Shown: positions 28,805 through 41,472 of the stretch, piece after piece
How the letters are laid out: each line of letters starts with the position of its first letter
Position numbering within the stretch: position 1 is the first letter of the stretch
DNA from: Bugula neritina
Taxonomy: Eukaryota; Animalia; Bryozoa
Length of the DNA: 64,000 nucleotides
Assembly: GCA_964035545.1 (NCBI GenBank)
Contig: OZ037769.1
Coordinates: 11,252,633-11,316,632 of the forward strand
Reading direction: 5' to 3'
Position numbers and translations under genes: made by a program
The notes under the pieces: generated by a model
Database searches by the model: none
The model's input: the letters and a program-made list of their open reading frames with translations, nothing else
Told to the model about the DNA's origin: nothing

Positions 28805-31800
28805 TAGTGGGGGTGCCAACATGCAAAAATGGGCGGGTGGAGCACATCAACACTAACCTTTGTTGCTATATATCACTGCAAAGCCAACATTCTACTGATC
28901 TCAGATCTGCGAGTACCTTTTTTGTATCTGGGGGGGGGGTTCTCTCGTGAGAGGGGTGGATATACAGGGGTTCAGCATTTTTTAAGGGGGGACTATGGAA
29001 CTCTAAATATTTAATTTTCTGAGTAGTTTAAGTTTGACATTAAAAATATTTTCAAGAAATGTTGTACACATATGAAACTTTCTCTAACAAAAGTTTTGAC
29101 CAAAAATAAAAAAGTGGGTGGAGCCTATAATATGACAAACTGAGTCAGTTTACTTCATTTAGTACACACCAGCAACTTATGACCTAACATTAAAGTTTGC
29201 TCAAAATCAATTGAAATTTACTATACATGGTATTTTTATGTGCTGGTTTTAACTAAGCATAACATAAAAGGCTGGGAGGGGATTCCCCAACATTAAAGCA
29301 CTGGTCATTGTCATATGCACTTAATATTCTATATGTGCGACCGTTACGGTTTTTTCGTAACGGTCCGTAACCAAAACTAGCTGAATAATTAGGGAAAAAC
29401 ATGGGAAATGAAGCAAAATTAAAAAGAACTTTGATTATTTAGGTGTATTTATTGGTGTTTTACTAGATTTGGCCAAAAAACCATGTTCATTACCAGCTAA
29501 ATTGTGAAAAATAGCCAAAAACTGAAGATATCCAGTGTGTACTAAATTAAGTAAAATGACCCAACTACTTTTTTGCATATACCGGATATTCTCTAAACTG
29601 CTACTTTTCTGTTCTAGCATTTAGAATGTTGATTTTTGGTATGAAAATATTCTATTGTGTTCTAATAATGCTCTCCGATTTTCATTACGTTCTGAACTAT
29701 ATAACATCTTTCCCAACCATGACAAATAAAAAACATAAAACGGGAGTTATCTCCTCCGTTGAAAATTATTGCATTTCTACCCAATAATATTGCTCTTTGT
29801 TGATAGGAACAACATCAGCATGATAAAAATGTATTCTTAGTGTATTTATATTAGCTTATTGACTTATTTTGAATAATTGATTACGATCAATACTATTGAG
29901 TATTAATATTCAATATTTACTGTAGAAATTGAGTGTCAGCAATAATTAACAGACCACTAATATTCGATTTTTTTATCCATAAGTATAGTAACATAAAATA
30001 TGGTTCATAAAAAAGTAATATTATGATTTCAGCATCACAAGCAATTACTATGCTCTTTTATATCAGATATTGGTAGACATTTGTAATTGTATTTATTTAT
30101 AAATAAGATAGTATTTAAAATTTTAATTTACAATAGATCAAGCTTTATTACAAAGTTTTGTTATCTCTAGCGTTTATATACCAAGTTAAATATATTATAA
30201 TTCTTCATCAGAACTGTGTTTGTTGCCATCATCATCATAATCAGGCTCTTTGTTTGAAAAAGAAGACTGGCCACTTTTGTTGTTGCAATCGAAGCATTCA
30301 CATAAACCACAGCATTTCATGATCAGGCGCTTGGATTTGCATGCTTTACTCTTACAGCCTGCTTTTTTGCATTTACATGCTGTTAAAATCACATCTGCGT
30401 TGCTCTCAAAATCATATTTTATCACAAAACTTAGTCAAGAGACATTGCTGAATATGAAAAAGTCACTTGAAGATTCATGTAATCTAAATACAGCATGGCT
30501 ATTGGCAAGACTTGCCCCAATCAAACTATTTCAATTGGATATAAGTCCTTCTACACATAACTGCCCCTGCTGGAGTAGCTTTAATGTAAGAAATTTGGTT
30601 GCCACAGAAGATAATAAAAGATCAGTCATTGGGTATTGCCCAATGATTAATGCACCATCAACAGATCCATCAACAATTTATACAATCCTTCTGCAGCTAA
30701 AAAAAAACTATGAAAGTTTTAAATCAGAAACATTCAGTAATTACATTTGATCAAACTATCTACAAGATTGCCAAAGAGATTCAATAGAACAAACCAACTG
30801 AATTTTCAAACACAATAATTCGAATGGGCGGTTTTCATATCTTGATGAATTACATGGCAGCACTTGGCAAAATGGTAAAATAAAGCGGCCTCGCCCAAGT
30901 TCTTGTGCACAGTGATATATATTCTGAAGTTACAGTGAAACAGGTGCTATGTGGTAAGCATTATAACAGAGGTGTACGGGCACACAAGATTTTGTATGAG
31001 GCAATATCAAGGCAGAAACTAAAATCTCTTTCGGAGTGGCTTCAATAAAATGATCAGTTTGACCCATTAGAGTCTCATAATACGTATTTCTATTGATGAT
31101 AACTTGCGTGAATGGACCACTGTTGCAGATAAAGTTGCTACTGCTATAAAAAAGTTTGATTCTGATACTAAATTAAAACCTAACCTTTCAATGTTTTGGA
31201 ATTCCTACCTTCACGCAGTAGAAGCCATGTTGGGATTTATTCGAGCTGAGCATAGTGGCAACTGGCAATTATATTTGGACAGTATGCAGGCAATGCTACC
31301 AGTATTTTTTGCGTATGATCGCACAAACTACTCACGGTGGCTGTCTATATACCTTATTGATTGCTAAATTTGCCTGAATCTGCTCCAGAAATTTATGGAA
31401 TGTTTGCAAAGGGTCCATTCACCGTAAATAGGACAGGAAAAAAAATTGCAGGTATGGCTCCAGATCAGGTCTTGGAGCAAACTTTTAACCAAGACAGTAA
31501 AACATCTGGAGGCATTATCGGCATTAGCAACCATGAAGAAGCTCGGACAAAATGGTTCTAGTCATATCAGAGCCCAACTGCTTTCTTTGCAAAAGGATTT
31601 TGGCCAAATAGCCTCACAGTCATCAACACTACACAAGGAAGACACAATCATTACAACTATGACAGATGAGATTGATACACAAGCAATTCTTTTTACATTG
31701 CAGCAGTTTGATGTTAAGTTGTTTAGCAATACTTCAACTGAACTTATTAATATTGCTACTGGAGTAAGTCCCGATGCGGAGACCTTCTTGTCAATAGTGA

Positions 31801-34407
31801 CTGCTATGGCTCAGGGAGGAGAAATGGCTCAAAAGTTAATTCAAGATAGACTTTTGAATGCAATAAAACCATTTTACACTGCTATTCACCGGCTTAAAAT
31901 CCCTTCCTTTAACTTTGTGGCTAAATTACTTCAACCAGCCATTAAACCAAATGTTCCTAAAATATCATTTGCTAAACTTCTCATAAGTGCCAAAAGTGCC
32001 AAAGATTTGCATACAGTTCTAGAGAAAGAAATTGGTCCCATTCCTCTTGCTCTATTTACTGAAAACGGACAGATGAGAAAAACATGCAAATTGCAACTAA
32101 TGCATATTTTGGAACAGAAATATCTTGGAAACAGGGCCTCCAATGATGATAGTCAACTGCCCACCAACAAATCGATCATTATTGATGGTATGTGCATACT
32201 TCACTCGACAAAAACATCAGGCACTTTTTATAGCTATGCTCTGAAGATGTTGGAAATATTTCTTGAATGTGGCAAAGCATATACAAGGGTTGATGTAGTG
32301 TTTGACGTGTATTCTGAAACATCAATTAAAGCACAAGAGCGTATTAGACGGGGTGCCCAATAGATGTGCTCTATTTCCATTATTCATAACAACCTGCCTG
32401 TTCCTAAAAACTGGAGTGCTTTTCTGAACAATATTCACAACAAAAATGAGTTGGTAGAGTGAAGGTGCATGGAGTAGACATATTGAGAAAATTCCAGCTG
32501 GTACATTTTTAGTGTGTAGCGCCAAAGAAGTCTGTGTTCTGCAAAACCATTATCGTTAAAATTGTAACAAATTGAAATCCAATCATGATGAAGCAGACAC
32601 GAGATTAATCTTTGATGCAGCTGATGCACTGAGTGATTACGATTTGGTAGTAATAAGATCAGTAGATACCGATGTTGCTATTATTGCGCTTAACATCATC
32701 TTAGTAATGTTTTAACTGAGCAGGCTAATAAAGATGTAGTAATTTTCGTTGGAATGGGGAGTCACAGAAGATATATATCTCTTTTTGAATCAGCCAAAAA
32801 AATCTACAAAAAGTTCTCAAGAATCTGTTATCACTCCATGCACTTACAGGTTGTGACTCAGTAAGTTCTATCTTCCGAATATCTAAAAAGCGTGCTTTGG
32901 AGGTACTTGAAAAGGAAAGCTATAATCTGTCTTTAGGTTCTGATGATTGGTCCCCAGTATCAGAAGAAACATACTTGGAGTGTGAATGATTTGTCTCCAA
33001 CCTATATGGTGCCCATGATGATATCACTGAAGCAAGATATAAAATATTGGCTTTAAAAAATGTCTCCAGTGAAGCACAGCTACCACCTAGTAGGAATTCC
33101 CTAGAATATCACGTGAAACGAGCCAATTATCAAGTTACACTTTGGCAACTTGCTTTTACACCTATTTTACTTCATCAGCCAATTTTTGACCATGGTTGGG
33201 ATACTAACTTGATTTCAATAAAATATGATTTTGAGAGAAACGCAGATGTGATTTTAACAGCATGTAAATGCAAAAAAGCAGGCTGTAAGAGTAAAGCATG
33301 CAAATCCAAGCGCCTGATCATGAAATGCTGTGGTTTATGTGAATGCTTCGATTGCAACAACAAAAGTGGCCAGTCTTCTTTTTCAAACAAAGAGCCTGAT
33401 TATGATGATGATGGCAACAAACACAGTTCTGATGAAGAATTATAATATATTTAATTTGGTATATAAACGCTAGAGATAACAAAACTTTGTAATAAAGCTT
33501 GATCTATTGTAAATTAAAATTTTAAATACTATCTTATTTATAAATAAATACAATTACAAATGTCTACCAATATCTGATATAAAAGAGCATAGTAATTGCT
33601 TGTGATGCTGAAATCATAATATTACTTTTTTATGAACCATATTTTATGTTACTATACTTATGGATAAAAAAATCGAATATTAGTGGTCTGTTAATTATTG
33701 CTGACACTCAATTTCTACAGTAAATATTGAATATTAATACTCAATAGTATTGATCGTAATCAATTATTCAAAATAAGTCAATAAGCTAATATAAATACAC
33801 TAAGAATACATTTTTATCATGCTGATGTTGTTCCTATCAACAAAGAGCAATATTATTGGGTAGAAATGCAATAATTTTCAACGGAGGAGATAACTCCCGT
33901 TTTATGTTTTTTATTTGTCATGGTTGGGAAAGATGTTATATAGTTCAGAACGTAATGAAAATCGGAGAGCATTATTAGAACACAATAGAATATTTTCATA
34001 CCAAAAATCAACATTCTAAATGCTAGAACAGAAAAGTAGCAGTTTAGAGAATATCCGGTATATGCAAAAAAGTAGTTTGTCATATTATAGGCTCCGCCCA
34101 CTTTTTTATTTTTGGTCAAAACTTTTGTTAGAGAAAGTTTCATATGTGTACAACATTTCTTGAAAATATTTTTAATGTCAAACTTAAACTACTCAGAAAA
34201 TTAAATATTTAGAGTTCCATAGTCCCCCCTTGAAAAATGCTGAACCCCTGTATATCCACCCCTCTCACGAGAGAACCCCCCCAGATACAAAAAAGGTACT
34301 CGCAGATCTGAGATCAGTAGAATGTTGGCTTTGCAGTGATATATAGCAACAAAGGTTAGTATTGATGTGCTCCACCCGCCCATTTTTGCATGTTGGCACC
34401 CCCACTA
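28805..34407 (+). mobile_element. Academ-type (XPG-nuclease-containing) DNA transposon, decayed and rearranged
   Basis: TAGTGGGGGTGCCAAC...GTTGGCACCCCCACTA termini with 3-bp TSD agt/agt; broken ORF with VITFDQTIYKIA, IIRMGGFHILMN, GKHYNRGVRAH, FFAYDRTNYSRW, DQVLEQTFN, IIDGM, VDVVFDVY, HDEADTRL, SVDTDV, LHALTGCDSVS, LPPS..H..RANYQ and a Cys-rich C-terminus. Confidence 0.85.
30423..33445 (+). pseudogene. Academ transposase / XPG-like nuclease / Cys-rich domain pseudogene, N-terminus missing
   Basis: Motifs spread over ORFs 30250, 31104, 31361, 31446 and 33047 with frameshifts and in-frame stops. Confidence 0.85.
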
Positions 34408-35419
34408 AGTACACATTTTCAGAAACACATCAGTGAAATGGTTTACCTACAGACAAACTCAAGAGTGTGAAAGCAGCTGACTTAGTATGTTTACCTCAAA
34501 TAATCGTTTGATAGGCTTAAACAAGTAACAAGTAATTGTCTTACAATCTATAACATAATATAAACCAGTATAAGTTTCAGCATACGCAGCTTGGTTTCAA
34601 ATATTTGTGTTGAACTATCTGTTATATTATAAAACGAAAGTGAAAAAAATTTATTAAAATATAATATTGACTAATATTTTGGCAGTGTGATGCTACCTTT
34701 GGAGGTAAAATGGCATTATATAGAGTTTAGATTTATACTTTACCATAGTTAAAAAGTGCACACAGTTTAAAAATGTAATAAAAAACAAACTTTTATCTTT
34801 TGAATAAATTAAGCTACTAAAAATAACGAGCAGATAAAATCTATTAGAAACCGCATAAAGTAGTGTATGGTTTGCAGGAGTACAAGCCAGAGGCACACTC
34901 AATAATTTACTAAACGTTTACTAAGCTGTTTGAATCTAGCTCAATATGTATGAAAAAGTGATTTAACTTTGAGACAGTGAGATTAGCTGCAAGCATTAGT
35001 GTAGAGTGTAGACAGACTTGATACTCGAAAATAAATTAATCGAATCAATATTTTTGGCCAATATGAAATTGAATATATTCATTTTATGAAATTCAACTAG
35101 TTCTACAACAAATTGAAATAATCATAATGGAACTAAAAACAAAATATATTTCTAAATAAAAACATGATTATCATTAAATTTAATGATTGGTGATTACTAT
35201 TAAAAATTAAATGTAATATGATTATCATTTGGATTGTCAATCAATACGAATATCAACATAAATTTTGTCATTTCCAATTATATTTATTGTTTAATTTTAG
35301 TTTTATATTATGATCATCACAATGATAATCATTATGATTTAGTCACAGTAACTTACTGTTAAGTGTTAATGTTAGGCGTTACACTTACTCGAACTAACTC
35401 GAAGTGATCATCACACTGG

Positions 35420-36990
35420 ACTGCCCTAGAGGGAGGAAGGGGTGTGCCGCATATGGGTAATGTGTTGGATAGTCATTGGTCAATAGTTATACAGTTAGTA
35501 CTGTTTGGGCTGTATTTACTGAACAGGAACTTAATCTTGTCTATGTAGAGATCTCTGAATGATTGCGTTGGTTGTGACCAATTTTCAGGTCCCGGATAGT
35601 CATTGGGAAAAAACTGTTCAGGTACTTGGTACTGTTAGCACCTACTGATCAGGGCCATCCCCTTGCTTGGGAGCGAGTTTGTATGGTGCTGTTTGTTGGT
35701 TTGTTCAGCAGCTCATCATAGGCAGAGCTGAGAGCCAGATGTTGCTCTTCTTTTGCTAGAATTTTCATAAGGAGATTAATACGTCTGTTTCTCCTTCTTT
35801 GTTCAAGGGGTTGAAGGCAGAGTTTCTTCATGCCACTTTCGACATCTTTACAGCCTTTAATATTGGCTATGAATCACACTGCATCCACTTGTATCTTTTC
35901 TAAGCCAGAAATATCCTTCTTGCAGGTTGGCTTTCAAGCTGCGCAAGCATACTCTAGGTGTGGTAGACACAAGGATTTGTATGCAATCAACCAAGCTCGT
36001 TCGGGGGCCCAGTAGAGAGCTCTTTTAATCATACCTAATTGTCTTCTAGCCTTTAATATTTTATTTGATATATGATCGTTGAGCCTGCAATCTGATTGAA
36101 GTGTAACACCTAAGTATTTTGTAGAGTCTACAATGTAGACTCTACATGATCTAGCACCGACTCATTTAATGTGTAATTGGGAGCATCGCTTACAGAGTTG
36201 AAACTTATGATTTTGCTCTTAGCAATGTTGAATGACATACCCCACTTGTCTGACCACGCACTAAGAGAATCTAGATTTCGTTGAAACCTGCTGCAGTCAT
36301 TAAATGAGGCTATCTCCTGGTAGACATGGGTGTCATCAGCAAACAAGGCACATGAGCAGTCAAGACAGTCAGGTAGGTCATTAATAAAAATGAGGAAAAG
36401 TACTGGCCCTAAAACCAATCCTTATGGCACACCTGAGGTAGCTGGTAACAGATCCGAGGCGTGACCTTGTAAAACCACTCTTTTTGTACGATTAGCTAGG
36501 AAGTTACTTATCCAGTGTAGAATGTATTCATCCAAATCTGCCATCTCTGAAAGCTTTTTCATTAGAAGGGCATGAGGAACTCCATCAAATGATTTAGTGA
36601 AGTCTAAAACAGCTGCATGAAAAGTTTGGTGTGTATCTGTAGAATGGAGTATATCATGCATAGTTGCACATATTTGTCTTTCACAAGAGACCTTTTTTGA
36701 ACCCGTGCTGCCTATTGTTTAGCTTAGTGTCAATTTTTTCCAGCAGGTTTCTCAATACCAAATGCTTTAACATCTTACAATGAATACTTGTAAGCGAAAT
36801 AGGCCGATAGTTATTGACATTGTTTGTGGACCCCTGACTTGTGAAGAGGTGAGATGTTGGCTGTCCTCCATTCTGATGAAAGCTTTCCAGTTGTTAGAGA
36901 AGCTTGAAAGATGTAACTGCGACAAACAGCAATTTGTTCTACGTCTATGCTGAGGTCAGCTTTTCGGAGGCCATCTGGTCCCCGGAGCCT
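35420..36990 (-). mobile_element. 5'-truncated non-LTR retrotransposon (CR1/L2-group-like RT), decayed
   Basis: APGPDGL, NYRPISLTSI, LDFTKSFDGVPH, WISNFL.NRTKRV, SGVP..VLGPVLFLIFINDLP, LFADD, KYLGV, RPHLEYA; frameshifted. Confidence 0.9.
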
Positions 36991-37910
36991 TAAACTTACA
37001 GACTACCGCTACGTCTAGCAGTATACAGTTACGCTTACAGCTACTGTTACGTGTTAGAATGTTAGTGACTGACTTTGGGTTGGTGTTACTCGTAGCCGTT
37101 AGCGTTTTATTAAGTTAAAGTTTGAGTTACACTTAGTCTTACACTACAGTCAGTGTGAGTGTCACAGTCACAGTGACAGTGTGAGTGTTACTTTAAAGTT
37201 TAAATACTTATACTTATACTTATAGTTATACTTATAGTGTTACTAATAGGAATAGTTATACTATTACTATGAAAATTTAGAGAAGTATAATTATTACATA
37301 CATTGAATAGAGTTCAGGTGCACCACTGTGATTGCGTTGCAGAAGGTGCAGCTTTAATGAGTATAACGTATTTTTACTTAGAAATGATAGCGATTTATTA
37401 TCCTCATTATGATTATCATGCTTTGCAACGGAGGCGTGTCCTCTGCGAGCACAAAAGGCGGAAAGCATGAGTACTTGCGACGACGGGCGTGGTTTATAAC
37501 TTCTAACCTATCCCAAATTACAAACCTGGACTTCTAAACCGGTAATTTTAAAATTTCGGTTGAATTGAATATTTTCCGATCCCCCACGACTTTTAGAAGG
37601 TTTGCTAAAAATAATTATTTTCCCCACTGTCAGGTTTCGGGATAAGTAAAATCTAACTAAAAGGTTTAAAAAGATAACTCCATTTAATTACTCAACGCAA
37701 CGAGATATTGGCGCACTAACCTCTTAAAATAGAGGAAAGAGAAAGAAAATATTGCGATCACGGACATACTGGGTTCAAAGTCCGACCGGCAACCAATTGA
37801 AAGCGATCTTGACATCCCAACACTGGTGCAGCAATACTAAGTCAAATACTAATAGTAATAGTTAATGTTAAACTTGATGTAATTGCAAAATCTGATAAAT
37901 TTTTGAGATC

Positions 37911-40900
37911 ATGGCTTCAAGAAATGTAGGACTGCTAGTTGGGCGTTGTTTGAGATTTGTTCCAAGTAAGTATTTTCTCTTTAAAAAGTTTAAACTTTTC
38001 ATTTAAAGCTAAAAATTAAAAATAAGAACGTAAGATAAAGAATTGCCATTGTGATTACGATTAGAAATAATTGAATTAAAGTTATAATTAATAATATTAA
38101 TTATAATATTAATAAATGAATAATATTAATATAAATTATTATAAAGTTATTTAGTTGAATTAAAACTAAAAACGTGATTATCAATAATATTAATTGTATA
38201 ACTCTATCACTATGAGTATGACTATGAGTATGACGGTGAGTGTGACTATCAGTATCACATTCACTTTCAGACTCACTGTCACGGACACTAAGAGTATCAG
38301 TATCAGTATGATTATAAGTATGCGATTGAGTATGAGACTCAGACTGAGTCTCATACTCAATCGCAGTATGAGTATGTCAATACCACTACCAGCCACTAGC
38401 AAAGCTAGCGGCTGGTATTGACATTGACTTTAAGTTTCACTTGCAGTTGCTCATTAAATTTTATTTATTTACTTTTGCTTTTAGTTTTAATATTTACTAT
38501 ATTTTACTTTTAGTTTTACAGTTTTAGCTTGACTTTTAAATTTACAGAATTAGACATTATCATATTCATTATGATTAGTAATTTACTAATGAGGATTAAT
38601 AACTAAGAGTAAAACCAGTAGTAGTACTAGTAACAATACTAATAGAGTAATGGTCTTATAATATTACTATACAACTAAGAATAAATGTAGTACTAATAGT
38701 ATAACATTAACTGTAACTAATTTACTAAAATAGGTATTGCTGTTGCTGTTACAATACGAGTATTAGACTTAGCATTAGCAATACTGTTGATAGTTGCTAT
38801 TAGTATTGCTATTAGCTATTAAAATTGAATTAAATTTAATGAGTGATTAAACTTAAAACTCTTACTGAAACTGGAGTAAATTAAAATTGCAAATAGAAAT
38901 ATCAATATGAATTTGAAACATTAAATTTAAAGTACTTTAGTTTCAATGTTAAATTTAGTATCAGAGTCAAGGTGGTTAGAAGGCTACCTTAGCAGCTGAT
39001 AATGAATATCAAGGAGACGTATTATGTTGGTCGATCCCACACAAACCTTGATTATCATTTCGAATTTCATAATGATGGTTAAATTATAGTGATACATTCT
39101 ACCGATAATAAAGTTATATAGCTGTCACGCCAATCAAATTAGATTATAACTTTAAGCTTTTTCTGTTTTTCATTTTCATTCTAGTAAGTTTCAATTAGTT
39201 CTGCTTACAGTATGAGTTTTAGCTCACGTAAGAAATTACAATTGTCTACTCATTTTTCAATATTTCACTGATTATAGAGCAAACTCAACAATGGAAGTAC
39301 TTGAGTACAGCACACTCTCTTAACAGCAAACAGCTGCAAACAGAAGTTCAAGATGGAGTTGGAATTATTACATTTAATCAGCCTAATTCTCCAGTAAGTG
39401 AAGATGAAAATGCATGCTGATTGTAAACTAACTGTAAAACCTTCAGTAACTTATAGTTTTTGTGCATAGAAATAATTCTGTAATTTAGCCATGCTTACAT
39501 TATCTTTATATAAATTAAATAAGATAGTTTTTTAGTATTTAAGAGCCTAAAATGCACTGGGTTTGCTAACAGGCTTTGCTCAAAATGACAGCTTTGTAAG
39601 CAGGTTACCATGGTAATATTTGAAAAAAACAGTAACTATTTTGTACTAATGATCAAGTTTTACAATTATTATTTTATATATACATCTAAAAAATAGATTT
39701 CCTATAAATGCATTACTATATTTTTCACAGCATAATTTTTAAACATCAAAGTTGAAGCATTTTGAAATATATACAGGTGCAATTTATTTATATCAATTTA
39801 TTAGACACATAGCTGCTTTAGAATATAAATGTTGATATTACATAAATATTACTTTATTATAAATTTATTTTATTCATATTATGGTACTCCTTTCATTCAT
39901 CAATATTGTGCATGCCTTTGATGGCCCTGTTTTAACTCGTATTTTGTTGCCATATCTACTAAGAATGACCTAATTACATTAATCACATTATAATACATAC
40001 CAAAAAGTTGAAGCACTTTCAGCCAGAAACTCTCCTTCTGTAGTTTTACCTTCATTAATAAACTTTTAGGTCAACACCTTGAACAAGGCTATGGATGCGG
40101 AAATGGATGAAGCTTTGACCACCATTTACCAGAATCCTGCAGTAAAGAGTGTTGTCCTGGCTTCAGCTAAACCCGGCTGTTTCATAGCTGGGGCTGATAT
40201 CAAGTTAGTATATTGGCTTAATAAATCTGTACATGACTTGATGGCGACCATCAGCTAGTTGTTTCACATCACATTTTAGATGCTGTAAATTCTTGTGAGT
40301 GAAAGTTCTGTTAACACTTTAGTATGATCTCGGACTGCAAAACTGCCCAAGAAACTGAGCAGTTGTCAATTGATGGACAGAAGTTGCTAGCCATGATAGA
40401 GAAGAGTTCTAAGCCTACAGTAGCCGCTATAATGGGCTCATGTTTTGGTGGTGGATTAGAGGTATGTGACAACTCACAGTGTAGGGCTACTATGTCAAGG
40501 TTTATAGTAAAATTATTTATCTGGATGTTTGAATCATAGGAGATGATCCACGCAGTATAGGATTTTACTGTGTTGAAGATAAAGACATTTAACATTTTCA
40601 ATGAAAATCATTCACCCAATGTTCAGCCTGTTCTATAATGCCGAAAATTGCATTTGCGCCTCAGTGCTTGATAGTCTGTATGACTTAAGTTGTTAGTAGG
40701 AAGCCGAATGTTGGTGAACTTTTGTAGCAGTTTGTACGTCATGGGTTGATATGTCGTTATATTACCCGCAGGTTGCGTTGGCTGCCCATTATAGAATTGC
40801 TGTTAACAATAGTAAGACAAACTTGGGGCTGCCTGAAGTTCAACTCGGACTATTACCTGGCGCAGGAGGCACACAAAGACTCCCTAAGATTGTTTCTGTA

Positions 40901-41430
40901 CCCAATGCTCTAGATATGGCTCTTACTGGCAAATATATAAAGCCAGTTAAAGCTAAAAAGATGGGGCTAATAGATGCTACAGTTGAACCTTTAGGTAATT
41001 GTATTTGGTTTTAGACTAACATTATTGTGATGCAGAACATGATTAAATCTAGTATAAATGGCTCTAGTAAAATTTCACCAAGCTATTCAAGCTGGTATCG
41101 ATTCATTACCTGATGTCTAATATATTTGTCCATCTGCTTGTTGCATATTTGGTTCAAACATTTAAACTTAACAGTACTACTACTACTACTGCTACTACTA
41201 CTAATACTAATACTACTACTACTGCTACTACTACTACTACTAATACTACTACTACTATAATACTACTACTACTACTTTAATACTACTACTACTACTGCTA
41301 CTGCTACTACTACTACTAACACTACTGCTACTACTACTACTACTGCTACTACCAATACTACTACTACTAATACTACTACTACTACTATAATACTACTACT
41401 ACTACTATAATACTACTACTACTGCTACTG

Positions 41431-41472
<42 letters not shown>

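Noticed and set aside
30195-30425. Independent small Cys-rich gene
   Set aside because: It is the inverted duplicate of the Academ C-terminus.
38190-38421. Alternating Ser/Thr-hydrophobic ORFs on both strands
   Set aside because: By-product of hexamer periodicity in an intron; no coding evidence.
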